From: Chiloscyllium plagiosum
Lineage: Eukaryota
DNA length: 64,000 nt
Reading direction: 5' to 3'
Assembly: GCF_004010195.1 (NCBI RefSeq)
Contig: NC_057728.1
Coordinates: 50,668,782 to 50,732,781 of the forward strand
Part shown: piece by piece, positions 14,020 through 24,737 of the stretch
How the letters are laid out: the number at the start of each line of letters is the position of its first letter
How positions within the stretch are numbered: position 1 is the first letter of the stretch
Made by a program: the position numbers and the translations under genes
The notes under the pieces: generated by a model
Database searches by the model: none
What the model saw: only the letters and a program-made list of their open reading frames with translations
What the model was told of the DNA's origin: nothing

Positions 14020-14385
14020 TGATCCAAGTTTCTGGTCGTAAAGGTAAGATAAGAGAGGAGTATGTTGATATTCTTGGATGTGTCAATATTAATAAGGAAG
14101 GGGCATCGGATGTTATGAAAAACATCAAGGTGGATAAATCTGCAGAGCATGATGGTACCAAAGAAGGAGTTTGCTGGGGTCTTGACAGAGGTCTTTGTAT
14201 CCACTTTAGCCACAGGTGAGTTCCCAGATGACTGGAGAGTAACCAATGTAGTTCCTTTGTTTAAGAAGGGCAACAGAGACAGTCCAGAAAACTAGGTCAG
14301 TTAGCCTTACATCAGTGGTCAGGAATTTATTGAAGAAGATTCTTAGGGACAGGATTTACTTGCATTTGGAAAAGAATGGCTTCAT
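14020..14385 (+). mobile_element. CR1 LINE RT fragment, left part (continues at 22912)
   Basis: Encodes TGEFPDDWRVTNVVPLFKKGNRDSPEN-type motifs and ends at LHLEKNG. Confidence 0.85.
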
Positions 14386-15120
14386 AGAGCATAACTTGGA
14401 GGTACCGATGTTGGACTGGGGTGGACAAAGTTAAAAATCACACAACACCAGGCTATAGTCCAACAGGTTTATTTGGAAATGCTAGCTTTTGAAGAGCTGC
14501 TTCTTCCTCAGGTGGTTGTGGAGAATAAAATCATAAGACACAGAATTTATAGCCAAATGAGTACAGTGTCATAGAGACGTGCTGATACATTAAACAATTT
14601 TAGATCAACTCTTTCATCTTTTAGAATGGGATGTGTTGGTTTCTGTTCTTTGATATATAAATTCCAGAACTTCTTTTAAATTACATTCTCAGGATATCTC
14701 TAGCTTTTCTAACAAAAGGTGCCATCTCAGCTCAGGCAATACATTAAAGTGTGATGTCTGTCTGTGTGACAATGTTGAGTTATACTGGTTCTTTTTCTAA
14801 AATGGGATTTACAGAGTTTTACATGGATTCATGCAGTTTTTGAGCAAAACAAAATGTAATTCTGCAAAAACAAATTCACCCCATAAACATTTATGTGTGC
14901 ACGTGTAGGAGCAACAGTGTGGGTGTGAGTATACGTGATAGTGTGTGTGTGTGTATATGTGTGGAGTTGGTTAAGTGTGTGTGTGATGGGGCAAATTTGT
15001 TTTTGCAGAATTACATTTTTATTTTGCTCAAAAACTGCATAAATCCATGTAAAACTCTGTAAATTCTACTTTAGTCATGCACACACTCATTCTGTCTCTC
15101 CTACACGCGCACACATATAA

Positions 15121-16558
15121 CATAGAACATTACAGCACAGTACAGGCCCTTAAGCCCTTGATGTTGTGCCGACCTGTGGAACCAATCTGAAGCCCTTCTA
15201 TCCTACGCTATTCCATTTTCATCCATTTGTTTATCCAAAGACTATTTAAATGTCCTTAAAATTGGTGAGTCTACTACTTTTGCATGCAGGGAATTCCATG
15301 CCCCTACTACTCTCTGAGTAAAGAAATTACCTTTGACATCTGTCCTATATCTATCCCCCGTTAATTTAAAGCTATGTTCCCTCGTGCTAGCCATCGCCAT
15401 CCGAGGAAAAAGGTTCTCACTGTCCACCCCTAACCCTCTGATTATCTTATAAGTCTTAATTAAGTTACCTCTTAACCTTCTTCTCTCTAATGAAAACAGT
15501 CTCAAGTCCTTCAGCCTTTCCACATCAGACCTTCCTGCCACACCAGGCAACATCTTAATAAATCACCTCTGAACCCTTCCAAAGTTTCCACATCCTTCCT
15601 ATAATCTGTTGACCAGAACTGTACACAATACTCCAATTACGGCCACACCAGAGTTTTGTACAGCTGCAACATGGCCTGGTGGCTCTGAAACTCAAACCCT
15701 CTACCAATAAAAACTAACACACCGTATGCCTTCTTAACAACCCTACCAACTTGGGTGGCAACTTGCAGGAATCTATGTACATGGACACCGAGATCTCTCT
15801 GCTCATCTACACTGCCAAGAATCTTACCATTAGGCCAGTACTCTGTATTCCTGTTACTCCTTTCAAAGTGAACCACCTCACACTTTTCCACATTAAACTC
15901 CATTTGCTACCTCTCAGCCCAGCTCTGTAGCTTATCTATGTCCCCCTGTAACCTGCAAGTTCCTTCGGCATGATCCACAACTCCACCGACCTTCGTGTCA
16001 CCTGCAAATTTACTAACCCATCCTTCTATACTCACATCCAGGTCGTTTATAAAAATGACAAACAGCAGTAGCCCCAAAACAGATCCTTGTGATACACTAA
16101 ACTCCAGGATGAACATTTCCCATCAACCACCACCCTCGGTCTTTTTAAGCTAGCCAATTTCTGATCCATGCCACCATCAATCCCATGCATCTATATTTTA
16201 TGCAATAACCTACGGTGGGGAACCTTATCAAACGCCTTACTGGAATTCATATACCTCACATCAACCGCTTCACCCTCATCCATCTGTTTGGTCACCTTCT
16301 CAAAGAACTCAGTAAGGTTTGTGAGGCATGACCTACTCTTCACAAAACCATGTTGACTATACCTAATGAACTTATTTATTTCTAGATGAATATAAATCCT
16401 ATCTCTTATAGCCTTTTCCAACACTTTACCTGCAATCGAAGTAAGGCTTACTAGTCTATAATTACCAGGATTGTCTCTACTCCCCTTCTTGAACAAGGGG
16501 ACGACATTTGCTATCCTCCAGTCTTCTGGCACTATTCCTGTAGACAATGATGACATAA
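15121..16558 (-). mobile_element. CR1 LINE (RT plus 3' end) inserted in the PLE terminal repeat
   Basis: ORFs 16191..16556, 15907..16116, 15637..15903 and 15242..15553 carry CR1 RT motifs. Flanks rejoin as cacacatataa/aagttta, matching 22443-22460. Confidence 0.92.
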
Positions 16559-17602
16559 AGTTTATTGGGTGAATTTGTTTTTGCAGAATTACATTTTGTT
16601 TTGCTCAAAAACAGCACGAAGCCATGTAAAACTTTGTAAATCCCACTTTAGAAATAGAACCAGTCTAACTCACCATTGGGACACAGACAGACCTCGCACC
16701 TTAATGCATTGGCTGAGTTGAGATGGCACCTGTTGTTAGAAAAGCTAGACCTTTCCTGAGAATGTAATTTTAAGGAAGATCTGGGATTGACATATCAAAG
16801 AACAGAAACCAACACATCCCATCATTACATCTCCATGACACTATACTCATTTGGATATAAATTCTGCGTCTTTATGATCTTATTGTCCACAACCACCTGA
16901 GGAAGAAGCATCACTTAAAAAGCTAGTGTCTCTAAATAAACCTGTTGGACTATAACACGGTGTTATGTGATTTTTAACTTTGTCCACCCCAGTCCAACTC
17001 TGGCACCATCGTAGTCATGACTACCATCGACACCATGACCCGCCAGCTCAAAGTGGAGATGATCTCCATGACGATCTAGCATATCCACACAGACATCAAG
17101 TTTCTGCAGAAAAGCAGGAGAGATCCCAAAAGGATTACAGATCACAAACCCATTCAAGTCGGCCTACAACACAGACTACACAGAGAGACTTTGCTATCGC
17201 TCCTCTCGCAAACTCCTCAATTATCTTGTGCACCAACTGCACAGCAGGCACCACAACCTTGAAATCAAGATGGAGTCTCAGCTTGCGCTCAAGATATAGC
17301 ATTACAGTTACGCGACACTGCCAGCCAGACAAGGTGACAGAACAACACCACGTACATGCATACCAAGATCAAGAAACTGGAGAAATTTGGCATTACCATC
17401 AACAACAGCCAAGCTTGGCACCACAGTTGAAAATGTTATCACCACAGGGAAATCAATAGTCAACTTATCGGACCACTTCCTTCAACCGGAAGAGATCAAA
17501 GTTCTTAGCCGAGGCCTCAATTTCTGCCCCACCACCAAAATGGGCCCCATGGGTCTAGCAGCAGACGCAGAGGAACTCATCAGACAGATGAGACTCCGGG
17601 AA

Positions 17603-18682
17603 TCATAGAGTCATAGAGACGTACAGCATGAAACAGACCCTTCGGTCCAACCCGTCCATGCTACCAGATATCCCAACCCAATCTAGTCCCACCTGCCAGC
17701 ACCTGGCCCATATCCCTCCAAATCATTTCGATTCATATACCTATCCAGATGCGTTTTAAATTTTGGATTGTACTAGCCTCCATCACTTCCTCTGGCATCT
17801 CATTCCATACACATATCACCCTCTGTGTGAAAAAGTTGCCCTTTAGGTCTTTTTTATATCTCATCCTAAACCTATGCCCTATAGTTCTGGACTCACCCAC
17901 CCCAGGGAAAAGACTTTGTCTATTTATCCTATCCATGCCCCTCATAATTTTGTAAACTTCTATAAGGTCACCCCTCAGCCTCCGATGCTCCAGGGAAAAC
18001 AGCCCCAGCCTGTCTGACGAATAAAGGAAAGCATACCAACGCTTTCTTCACTATCCTATCTACCTGCGACTCCACTTTCAAGCAGCTATGAACCCGCATT
18101 CCAAGGTCTCTTTGTTCAGCAACACTCCCTAGGACCTTACCATTACATGTATAAGTCCTGCTAAGACTTGTTTTCCCAGAACGCAGCACCTCGCATTTAG
18201 CTGAATTAAACGCCATCTGCTACTTCATATACCCATTGGCACATCTGATCAAGATCACGCTTTAATCTGAGATAACCTTCTTCACTGTCCACTACACCTC
18301 CAATTTTGGCGTAATCTGCAAACTTACTAACTATACCTCTTATGCTCACATCCAAATCATTGATATAAATGATGAAAAGTAGTCGATCCAGTACCGATCC
18401 TTGTGGCACTTCACTGGTCACAGGCCTCCAGTCTGAAAAACAACCGTCCACCACCACCCTCTGTCTTCTACCTTTGAGTTAGTTCTGTATCCAAATAGTT
18501 AGGTCTCCCTGTATTCCATGAGATCTAACATTGCTAACCAACCTTCCATGGGGAATCTTGTCAAACACCTTACTGAAGTCCATACGGATCACATCTACCG
18601 CTCTGCTCTCATCAGTCCTCTTTGTTACTTCTTCGAAAAAGTCAATCAAGTTTGTGAGACATGATTTCCCATGCACAAAGCC
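17603..18682 (-). mobile_element. CR1 LINE inserted in the PLE ORF
   Basis: KSCLTNLIDFFEEVT, VPQGSVL and SKFAD motifs; internal deletion near 18012. Host reads RQMRLRE|FFQD across the insertion. Confidence 0.92.
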
Positions 18683-19206
18683 ATTCTTTCAAGATGTCAG
18701 CAGTGATCCCAATAGGTCCACTGATGAACCAGAACACTCATCACAGAGATCCATAATGGAACGACCAAAGAAGGGGTCAACTTGGACCCCTCCAGAAGGT
18801 TGCAACTCTGGGCTTAACATGTATGCTCAAATTGTCAGGGAATATATAAATGCCAGATCCGTCAGCTGCACCCATGAGGTAGAGGAAAACACCACCTGAT
18901 CACAATGCAACGCTACCCATGTTCTCAAAACCAATCACAACATTGTCACCATACCAGCAGATAAAGTAGGAGACATCGTCATTCAGATTAGAACAGATTA
19001 CTGAAAGGAAGTGTACCAACAACTGAACAAGTAGGAACACTACAGGCAACTACTGGCCGATCTGACCAAAAAACACACCCATGAACTAGAAAATGTTGAT
19101 CAGGACTTTGGGATCCAGGCCTTCAGAATTCCCTATGTGCTTTCATCCCACTTATTTCTCGTGTAGGTGACTTCTACTGCCTTCCAAAGATACACAAAGC
19201 CAATTT

Positions 19207-19533
19207 GGGCGGCACGGTGGCACAGTGGTTAGCACTGCTGCCTCACAGCGCCAGAGACCTGGGTTCAATTCCTGCCTCAGGCGACTGACTGTGTGGAGTT
19301 TGCACATTCTCCCCGTGTCTGCGTGGGTTTCCTCCGGGTGCTCCGGTTTCCTCCCACAGTCCAAAAATGTGCAGGTTAGGTGAATTGGCCATGCTAAATT
19401 GCCTGTAGTGTTAGGTGCAGGGGTAGATGTAGGGGAATGGGTCTGGGTGGGTGCGCTTCGGCGGGTCGGTGTGGACTTGTTGGGCCGAAGGGCCTGTTTC
19501 CACACTGTAAGTAATCTAATCTAATCTAATCTA
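19207..19533 (+). mobile_element. Full-length HE1-type V-SINE (tRNA-derived)
   Basis: Box A TGGCACAGTGG, box B GGTTCAATTCC, V-domain GTGTGGAGTTTGCACATTCTCCCCGTGTCTGCGTGGGTTTCC, CR1-type tail and (AATCT)n end. Interrupts the PLE RT at KIHKAN. Confidence 0.92.
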
Positions 19534-20468
19534 AACATACCAGGACATCACATCGTATCAGGCAATGGGACCCTGCGTAAGAACATCTCTGGCTATGTCG
19601 AAGGCATCTTGAAACCTATTATACAGGGGACCCCTAGTTTCTTTCGCGACACTGCAGATTTCTTACAGAAACTCAGCACCCACGGACCAGTCAAACCAGG
19701 AACATTCCTTGTCACAATGGACGTTTCAGCACTCTACACCAGCATCCCCCACAATGACGGTATCACAGCAACAGCCTCAGTACTCAACACCAACAGCTGC
19801 CAATCTCTGAGCACCGTCCTACAATTCATCAGCTTCATCCTCAACCACAACGTTTTCACCTTTGACAACCAGTCCTTCATCCAGACACACGGAACAGTGA
19901 TGGGGATCAAATTTGCACCCTAATATGCCAACATTTTCATGCACAAGGTCAAACAAGACTTTTCTATGCCGGACCTCCAACCAACATTATACACCAGGTA
20001 CATTGACAACATTTTCTTCCTCTGGACCCATGGCAAGGAGTCACTGAAACAACTACACAGTGATATCAACAGGTTTCATCCCACCATCAAACTCACCATG
20101 GACTACTCTTTAGTATCCGTCTCATTCTTGAACACATGCATCTCCACAAAGGATGGGCACCTCAGCACCTCACTCTATTGCAAACCCACAGATAACGTCA
20201 CGATGCTACACTTCTCTAGCTTCCCCCCAACACATATTAAAACAGCCATTCCCTACGGACAAGCCCTCCACATACACAGGATCTGTTCAGATGTGAAGGA
20301 ACGTGATGGACACTTGAAAGTATTCAAGAATGCCCTCAAAAGAATAGGGTACAATGCCCAACTCATTGCCAGTTCCGACATGCCACAGTGAGAAACCGTA
20401 ATGACCTCCTCAGGAGACATACACGAGATGCAACCGACAGGGTACCCTTCGTTGTCCAATACTTCCAG

Positions 20469-21573
20469 GAGAAAGTGAGGTCTGCAGATGCTGGAGATCA
20501 AAGTTGAAACTTTATTGCTGGAACAGCACAGCAGGTCAGGCAGCAAACAGGGAACAGGAGATTCGACGTTTCGGGCACAGGCCCTTCTTCAGGAATGAGC
20601 AGAGGGTGTTCAGCAGGAGAAGATAAAAGGTAGGGAGGAGGGACTTGGAGGAGGGGCGTTGGAAATGTGATAGGTGGAAAGAGGTCAAGGTGAGGGTGAT
20701 AGGTCGGAGTAGGATGGAGGCGGAGAGGTCAAGAAGAAGACTGCAGGTCAGGAAGGCGGTGCCGGGCTGGAGGGATTCGGCTGAGACAAGGTGGGGGGAG
20801 GGGGGATGAAGAAACTGGTGAGGTCCAAGTTCATCCCCTGCGGTTGGAGTGTTCCCAGTCGGAAGATAAGACGCTCCTCCTCCGACCGTCGGGTTGTTGT
20901 GGTTTGGCGGTGGATGAGTCCAATGACCTGCATATCCTCGGTGGAGTGGGAGGGGGAGTTGAAATGCTGTGCCACAGGTTGGTTGGGTTGGTTCGTCCGG
21001 GTGGCCCAGAGGTGCTCTCTGAATCGCTCCGCAAGTAGGCGGCCTGTCTCCCCAATATAGAGGAGGCCAGACCGGCTGCAGCGGATGCAGTAGATGATGT
21101 GGGTGGAGGTGCAGGTGAATCTGTGGCGGATATGGAATTTTCCTTTGGGGCCTTGGAGAGAAGTGAGGGGGGAGGTGTGGGCGCAAGTGTTGCACCTCCT
21201 GCGGTTGCAAGGGAAGGTGCCGGGAGTGGTGGTTGGGTCGGTGGGGGGTGTGGATCTGACAAGGGAGTTGCGGAGGGAGTGGTCTCTACGGAAAGCTGAT
21301 AGGGGTGGGGAGGGAAATATATCCTTGGTGCTGGGGTCTGTTTGGAGGTGGCGGAAGTGACGGCGGATGATGCGCTGTACATGGAGATTGGTGGGGTGGT
21401 AGGTGAGGACCAGTGGGGTTCTGTCCTGGTGGCGGTTGGAGGGGCGGGGCTCAAGGGCGGAGGAGCGGGAAGTGGAGGAGATGCGGTGGAGGGCACCGTC
21501 GACCACGTCGGGGGGGAAATTGCGGTCCTTGAAGAAGGAGGCCATCTGTGTTGTACGTATTTTGAACTGGTCC
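20469..21573 (-). mobile_element. Young 5'-truncated Neptune-type PLE (family A): linker, GIY-YIG and terminal repeat
   Basis: Uninterrupted frame in ORF 20748..21668 containing PCNRRRCNTCAH and IIYCIRCSRSGLLYIGETGRLLAERFREH. CpG-rich. TCCAGGAG duplicated at 20464-20471 and 21574-21581. Confidence 0.93.
20561..20596 (-). ncRNA. Minimal type-I hammerhead ribozyme (family A), intact
   Basis: Minus strand reads AUUC-CUGAAGA-A-GGGC-CUGU-GCCC-GAAACGUC^GAAU: stem I AUUC/GAAU, stem II GGGC/GCCC, palindromic ACGU stem III, GUC site. Confidence 0.85.
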
Positions 21574-22827
21574 TCCAGGAGCCAAACGACTACACTATGT
21601 TCTTCGCAGCCTGCAACACATTGTCGATGAGGATGAACACCTTGCCAAAAGCTTCCCTCTGCCTCCACTTCTCCTCTTTAAACCACCACCAAACCTTAAA
21701 CAGATCATTGTTCATAACAAACTGCCCAGCCTTCATGACAACAACACTGTAAATCCCTGTCACAGCAGCTGCTGCAAGATGTGTCAGAGTGAAGACCATT
21801 ACACGAGGGGACACCTCCCACCATATATGCGGCAAGCATTTATGTGATTCGGCCAACGTGGTCGATCTCATATGCTGCAGGCAAGGTTGCCCTGAGACAC
21901 AGCACATTGGCGAGACCAAGCAGGTGCTATGACACCTGATGAATGGACACTGCACAACAACTACCAGGCAGGTGTGTTCCCTCCCAGTCGGGGAACACTT
22001 CAGTGGACCCGGCCATTTGGCCTTGGACTTTTGGGTGACAATCCTCCAAGGCGGACTTCAGAACATGAAACAACGCAAAGTGGCTGAGCAGAAGCTCTTA
22101 GCCAAGTTCAGTACCCATGGGGATGGCCTCACCCAGAACTTTGGTTCATGTCATACTACAGTTGACCCCACTGCACTACACACTTTCTCTCATACACACT
22201 CCTACATACTCACACACCCTTGCAGACCCTCTCTCATACACAAGCTCTCTCTCATATGCACACACATACACCCCCCACACTCACATCCACGCCCGCACCC
22301 TCAACAGGCGTATACCCCATCACACTCACACATACACACGTAACCAAATCCACACACACACATATATACACACGCACTCTTATCACTTGCACTCACACCC
22401 ACATACATACACATACATGCACACATTGTCTCTTCTACACGTACACACATAAAAGTTTACGGGGTGAATTTGTTTTTGCAGAATTGCATTTATTTTGCTC
22501 AAAAACTGCACAAATCCATGTTAAACTCTGTAAATCCCACTTTAGAAATAGAACCAGTCTAACTCAACATTGGCATACAGACAACCTCACACCTTAATGT
22601 ATTGCCTGAGCTGAGAATGGCACCTGTTGTTAGAAAAGCTAGACCTTTCCTGAGAATGTAATTTAAAAGAAGTTCTGGGATTGACATATCAAAGAACAGA
22701 AACCAACACATCCTATTCTAAAAGATGAAAGACTTGATCTAAAATTGTTTAGTGTGTCATTACATCTCCATGACACTGTACTCATTTGGCTATAAATTCT
22801 GTGTCTTATGATCTTATTCTCCACAAC

Positions 22828-22862
22828 CACCTGAGGAGGAAGCATTGCTTCGAAAGCTAGTG
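22828..22862 (+). ncRNA. Minimal type-I hammerhead ribozyme (family B), intact
   Basis: CAC-CUGAGGA-G-GAAGC-AUU-GCUUC-GAAAGCUA^GUG: stem I CAC/GUG, 5-bp stem II, palindromic AGCU stem III, CUA site. Confidence 0.82.
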
Positions 22863-23895
22863 TTTCCAAATACACCTGATGGTGTATTTGGTGTTGTGTT
22901 TTTTTAACTTTATTCAGCACAGTCAGCATGGCTTTATGTGGGCGAGGTCTTGTCTCAAACTTAATTGAGTTTTTTGAGGAAGTGACAAAAATGATTTATG
23001 AGAATAGTGAATGTTGTCCACATGGACTTTTCTAAAGTATCTGACAAGATTCCTCATTGTAGGCTAGTCCAGAGGATCAAGCCACGTAGCTTCCGTGATA
23101 AGTTGGTAAATTGGATACAAAATTGGCTTGGTCATAGGAGACATAGGGTAGTTGTGGAGGGGTATTTTTCTGACTGGAGGTCTGTGACCAGTAGTGTTCT
23201 GTAAGAATCATGCTGGGATCCCTTGTTTGCAATTTATATCAATGACTTAGAAGAAAATGTAGGTGGTCTGATTAGTAAGTTTGCAGATGACACGAAAGCA
23301 GGTGGAGTTATGGTTAGTGAGGGAAGTTATCAAAGGATACAGCAGGATATAGATCAGTTTGAAAGTTGGGCAGAGAATGGCAGATAGCCTTTAATCTGGA
23401 CAAGTATGAGATGGTGCACAATGGGAGGCCAAATGCAAGAGGAATGGCAAGACCCTGAGGAGCACTGATAGATGAGGAATACTGGGGTGCAAATCTGTCG
23501 CTCCCTAAAGTTGTCAACACAATGGATGAGGTACTAAAGAAGGCATACAGCATGCTTGTCTTCATCGGCTGGCACATTGTGTATAAAAGTTGGCAACTCA
23601 TTTTGCAGCTTACAAGACTTTAGTTAGGCCATATTTAGAGTATTGTGTGCAGTTTTGGTACCCAAACTATCGAAAAAAATGTTAAGGCATTGGAGAAGGT
23701 GCAAAAGAGGTTTATAATGATATTGCCTGGATTGGAGTGTATTAGCTATAAAGAGTGATTGGACAAACTTGGATTGTTTTCACGAGAACATGGGAGGCTG
23801 TGGGGTAAAATTATAGGAGGCATGGATAGAGTTGGAATCACTTTCCCATAGTAGACATATCAAATACGGGGAAGCATAGGCTTAAGATAAGAAGG

Positions 23896-24018
23896 GGAGA
23901 AAGTGAGGTCTGCAGATGCTGGAGATCAGAGCTGGAAATGTGTTGCTGGAAAAGCGCAGCAGGTCAGGCAGCATCCAGGGAACAGGAGAATCGACGTTTC
24001 GGGCATAAGCCCTTCTTC
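23896..24018 (-). mobile_element. Short PLE family A insertion with a 5'-clipped hammerhead
   Basis: TSD AAGATAAGAAGG at 23884-23895 and 24019-24030. Confidence 0.88.
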
Positions 24019-24099
24019 AAGATAAGAAGGAGCAAGTTTAAGGGCAATGTACGATGCAATGTTTTGAACCCAAAGGGTGGTAGGTGCCTGGAACTCAGT

Positions 24100-24375
24100 T
24101 ATCTCAGGGAGTCTCTCTCCCACTGCAACTCCCAGGTCATTTCCTCTGCCCTGAAGCTCTTCAATCATGTCGTGCACCTTCATCTCCTCCCCCACTCACC
24201 CATTGTACTCTATGTTACTCTCTCCCCACCCCCACCCTCCTCTAGCTTATCTCTGCACGCTTCAGGCTCTCTGCCTTTATTCCTGATGAAGGGCTTTAGC
24301 CCGAAACATCGATTTTGCTGAAGCTCCTCGGATGCTGCCTGAATTGCTGTGCTCTTCCAGCACCATTGATCCAGA
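24100..24375 (+). mobile_element. Short PLE family A insertion with a hammerhead at 24279-24314
   Basis: TSD GCCTGGAACTCAGT at 24086-24099 and 24376-24389; motif ATTC-CTGATGA-A-GGGC-TTTA-GCCC-GAAACATC-GATT. Confidence 0.85.
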
Positions 24376-24635
24376 GCCTGGAACTCAGTGCCAAGTGAGA
24401 TGGTATATGCAGATAGGTTGGCAATGTTCAAAAGGCTTTTAGATAGACTGGTGAACAGGCAGGGAACAGAGGGTTATGGGCTATGTGCAGGAAGATGAGA
24501 TTAGATTAAAATTGCATCATGGTCGGCACAGACACTGTGGGCCGAAGGGCCTGTTCCTATGCTGTGCTGTTCTGTGTTTGAACCAGGAAATTCTGAGAGG
24601 TTCTGTGAGATCAGGCTGTGCTGAGAGAAGGAACA

Positions 24636-24737
24636 CTGTGGGATCGGACTGTGCGGGAGGGAGGCGGTGCTGTGGGATCGGACTGTGCGGGAGGGAGGCG
24701 GTGCTGTGGGATCGGACGGTGCGGGAGGGAGGCGGTA
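24636..24737. repeat. Three copies of a 34-bp G-rich tandem repeat
   Basis: CTGTGGGATCGGACTGTGCGGGAGGGAGGCGGTG starting at 24636, 24670 and 24704. Confidence 0.95.

Larger units (their letters stand above)
14390..22911 (+). mobile_element. Decayed near-full-length Neptune-type Penelope-like element (family B) with nested insertions
   Basis: Inverted terminal repeat ~14390-14990; direct repeat ~15075-17017 (split by CR1); ATG at 17017. RT motifs VTMDVSALYTSIPH, QTHGTVMG, YTRYIDNIFFLW. Cys linker PCHSSCCKMC; GIY-YIG-like ...HIGETKQ...MNGH. CA-rich 3' UTR and 3' repeat at 22455-22911. Confidence 0.9.
22912..24578 (+). mobile_element. CR1 LINE, right part (RT to 3' tail), carrying two small PLE insertions
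   Basis: SQHGF..., VVHMDFSKVSDKIPH, NWIQNWL and SKFADDTK motifs, then a CR1 3' tail. Confidence 0.9.

Noticed and set aside
19207..19290. tRNA gene
   Set aside because: The A and B boxes belong to the SINE head and continue into the V-domain; no complete cloverleaf.
20748..21668. Selenocysteine-recoding PLE
   Set aside because: No in-frame TGA in the intact frame, no clear SECIS, and the GIY-YIG domain is C-terminal.
21933..21950. CACCTGATGAATGG as a possible hammerhead core
   Set aside because: No stem II or GAAA follows; it is coding sequence (HLMNGH) of the GIY-YIG domain.
22117..22597. His/Thr-rich ORFs
   Set aside because: Translation of the CA-rich PLE 3' UTR.
24636..24737. CRISPR-like regular repeats
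   Set aside because: Head-to-tail units with no unique spacers, in vertebrate DNA.
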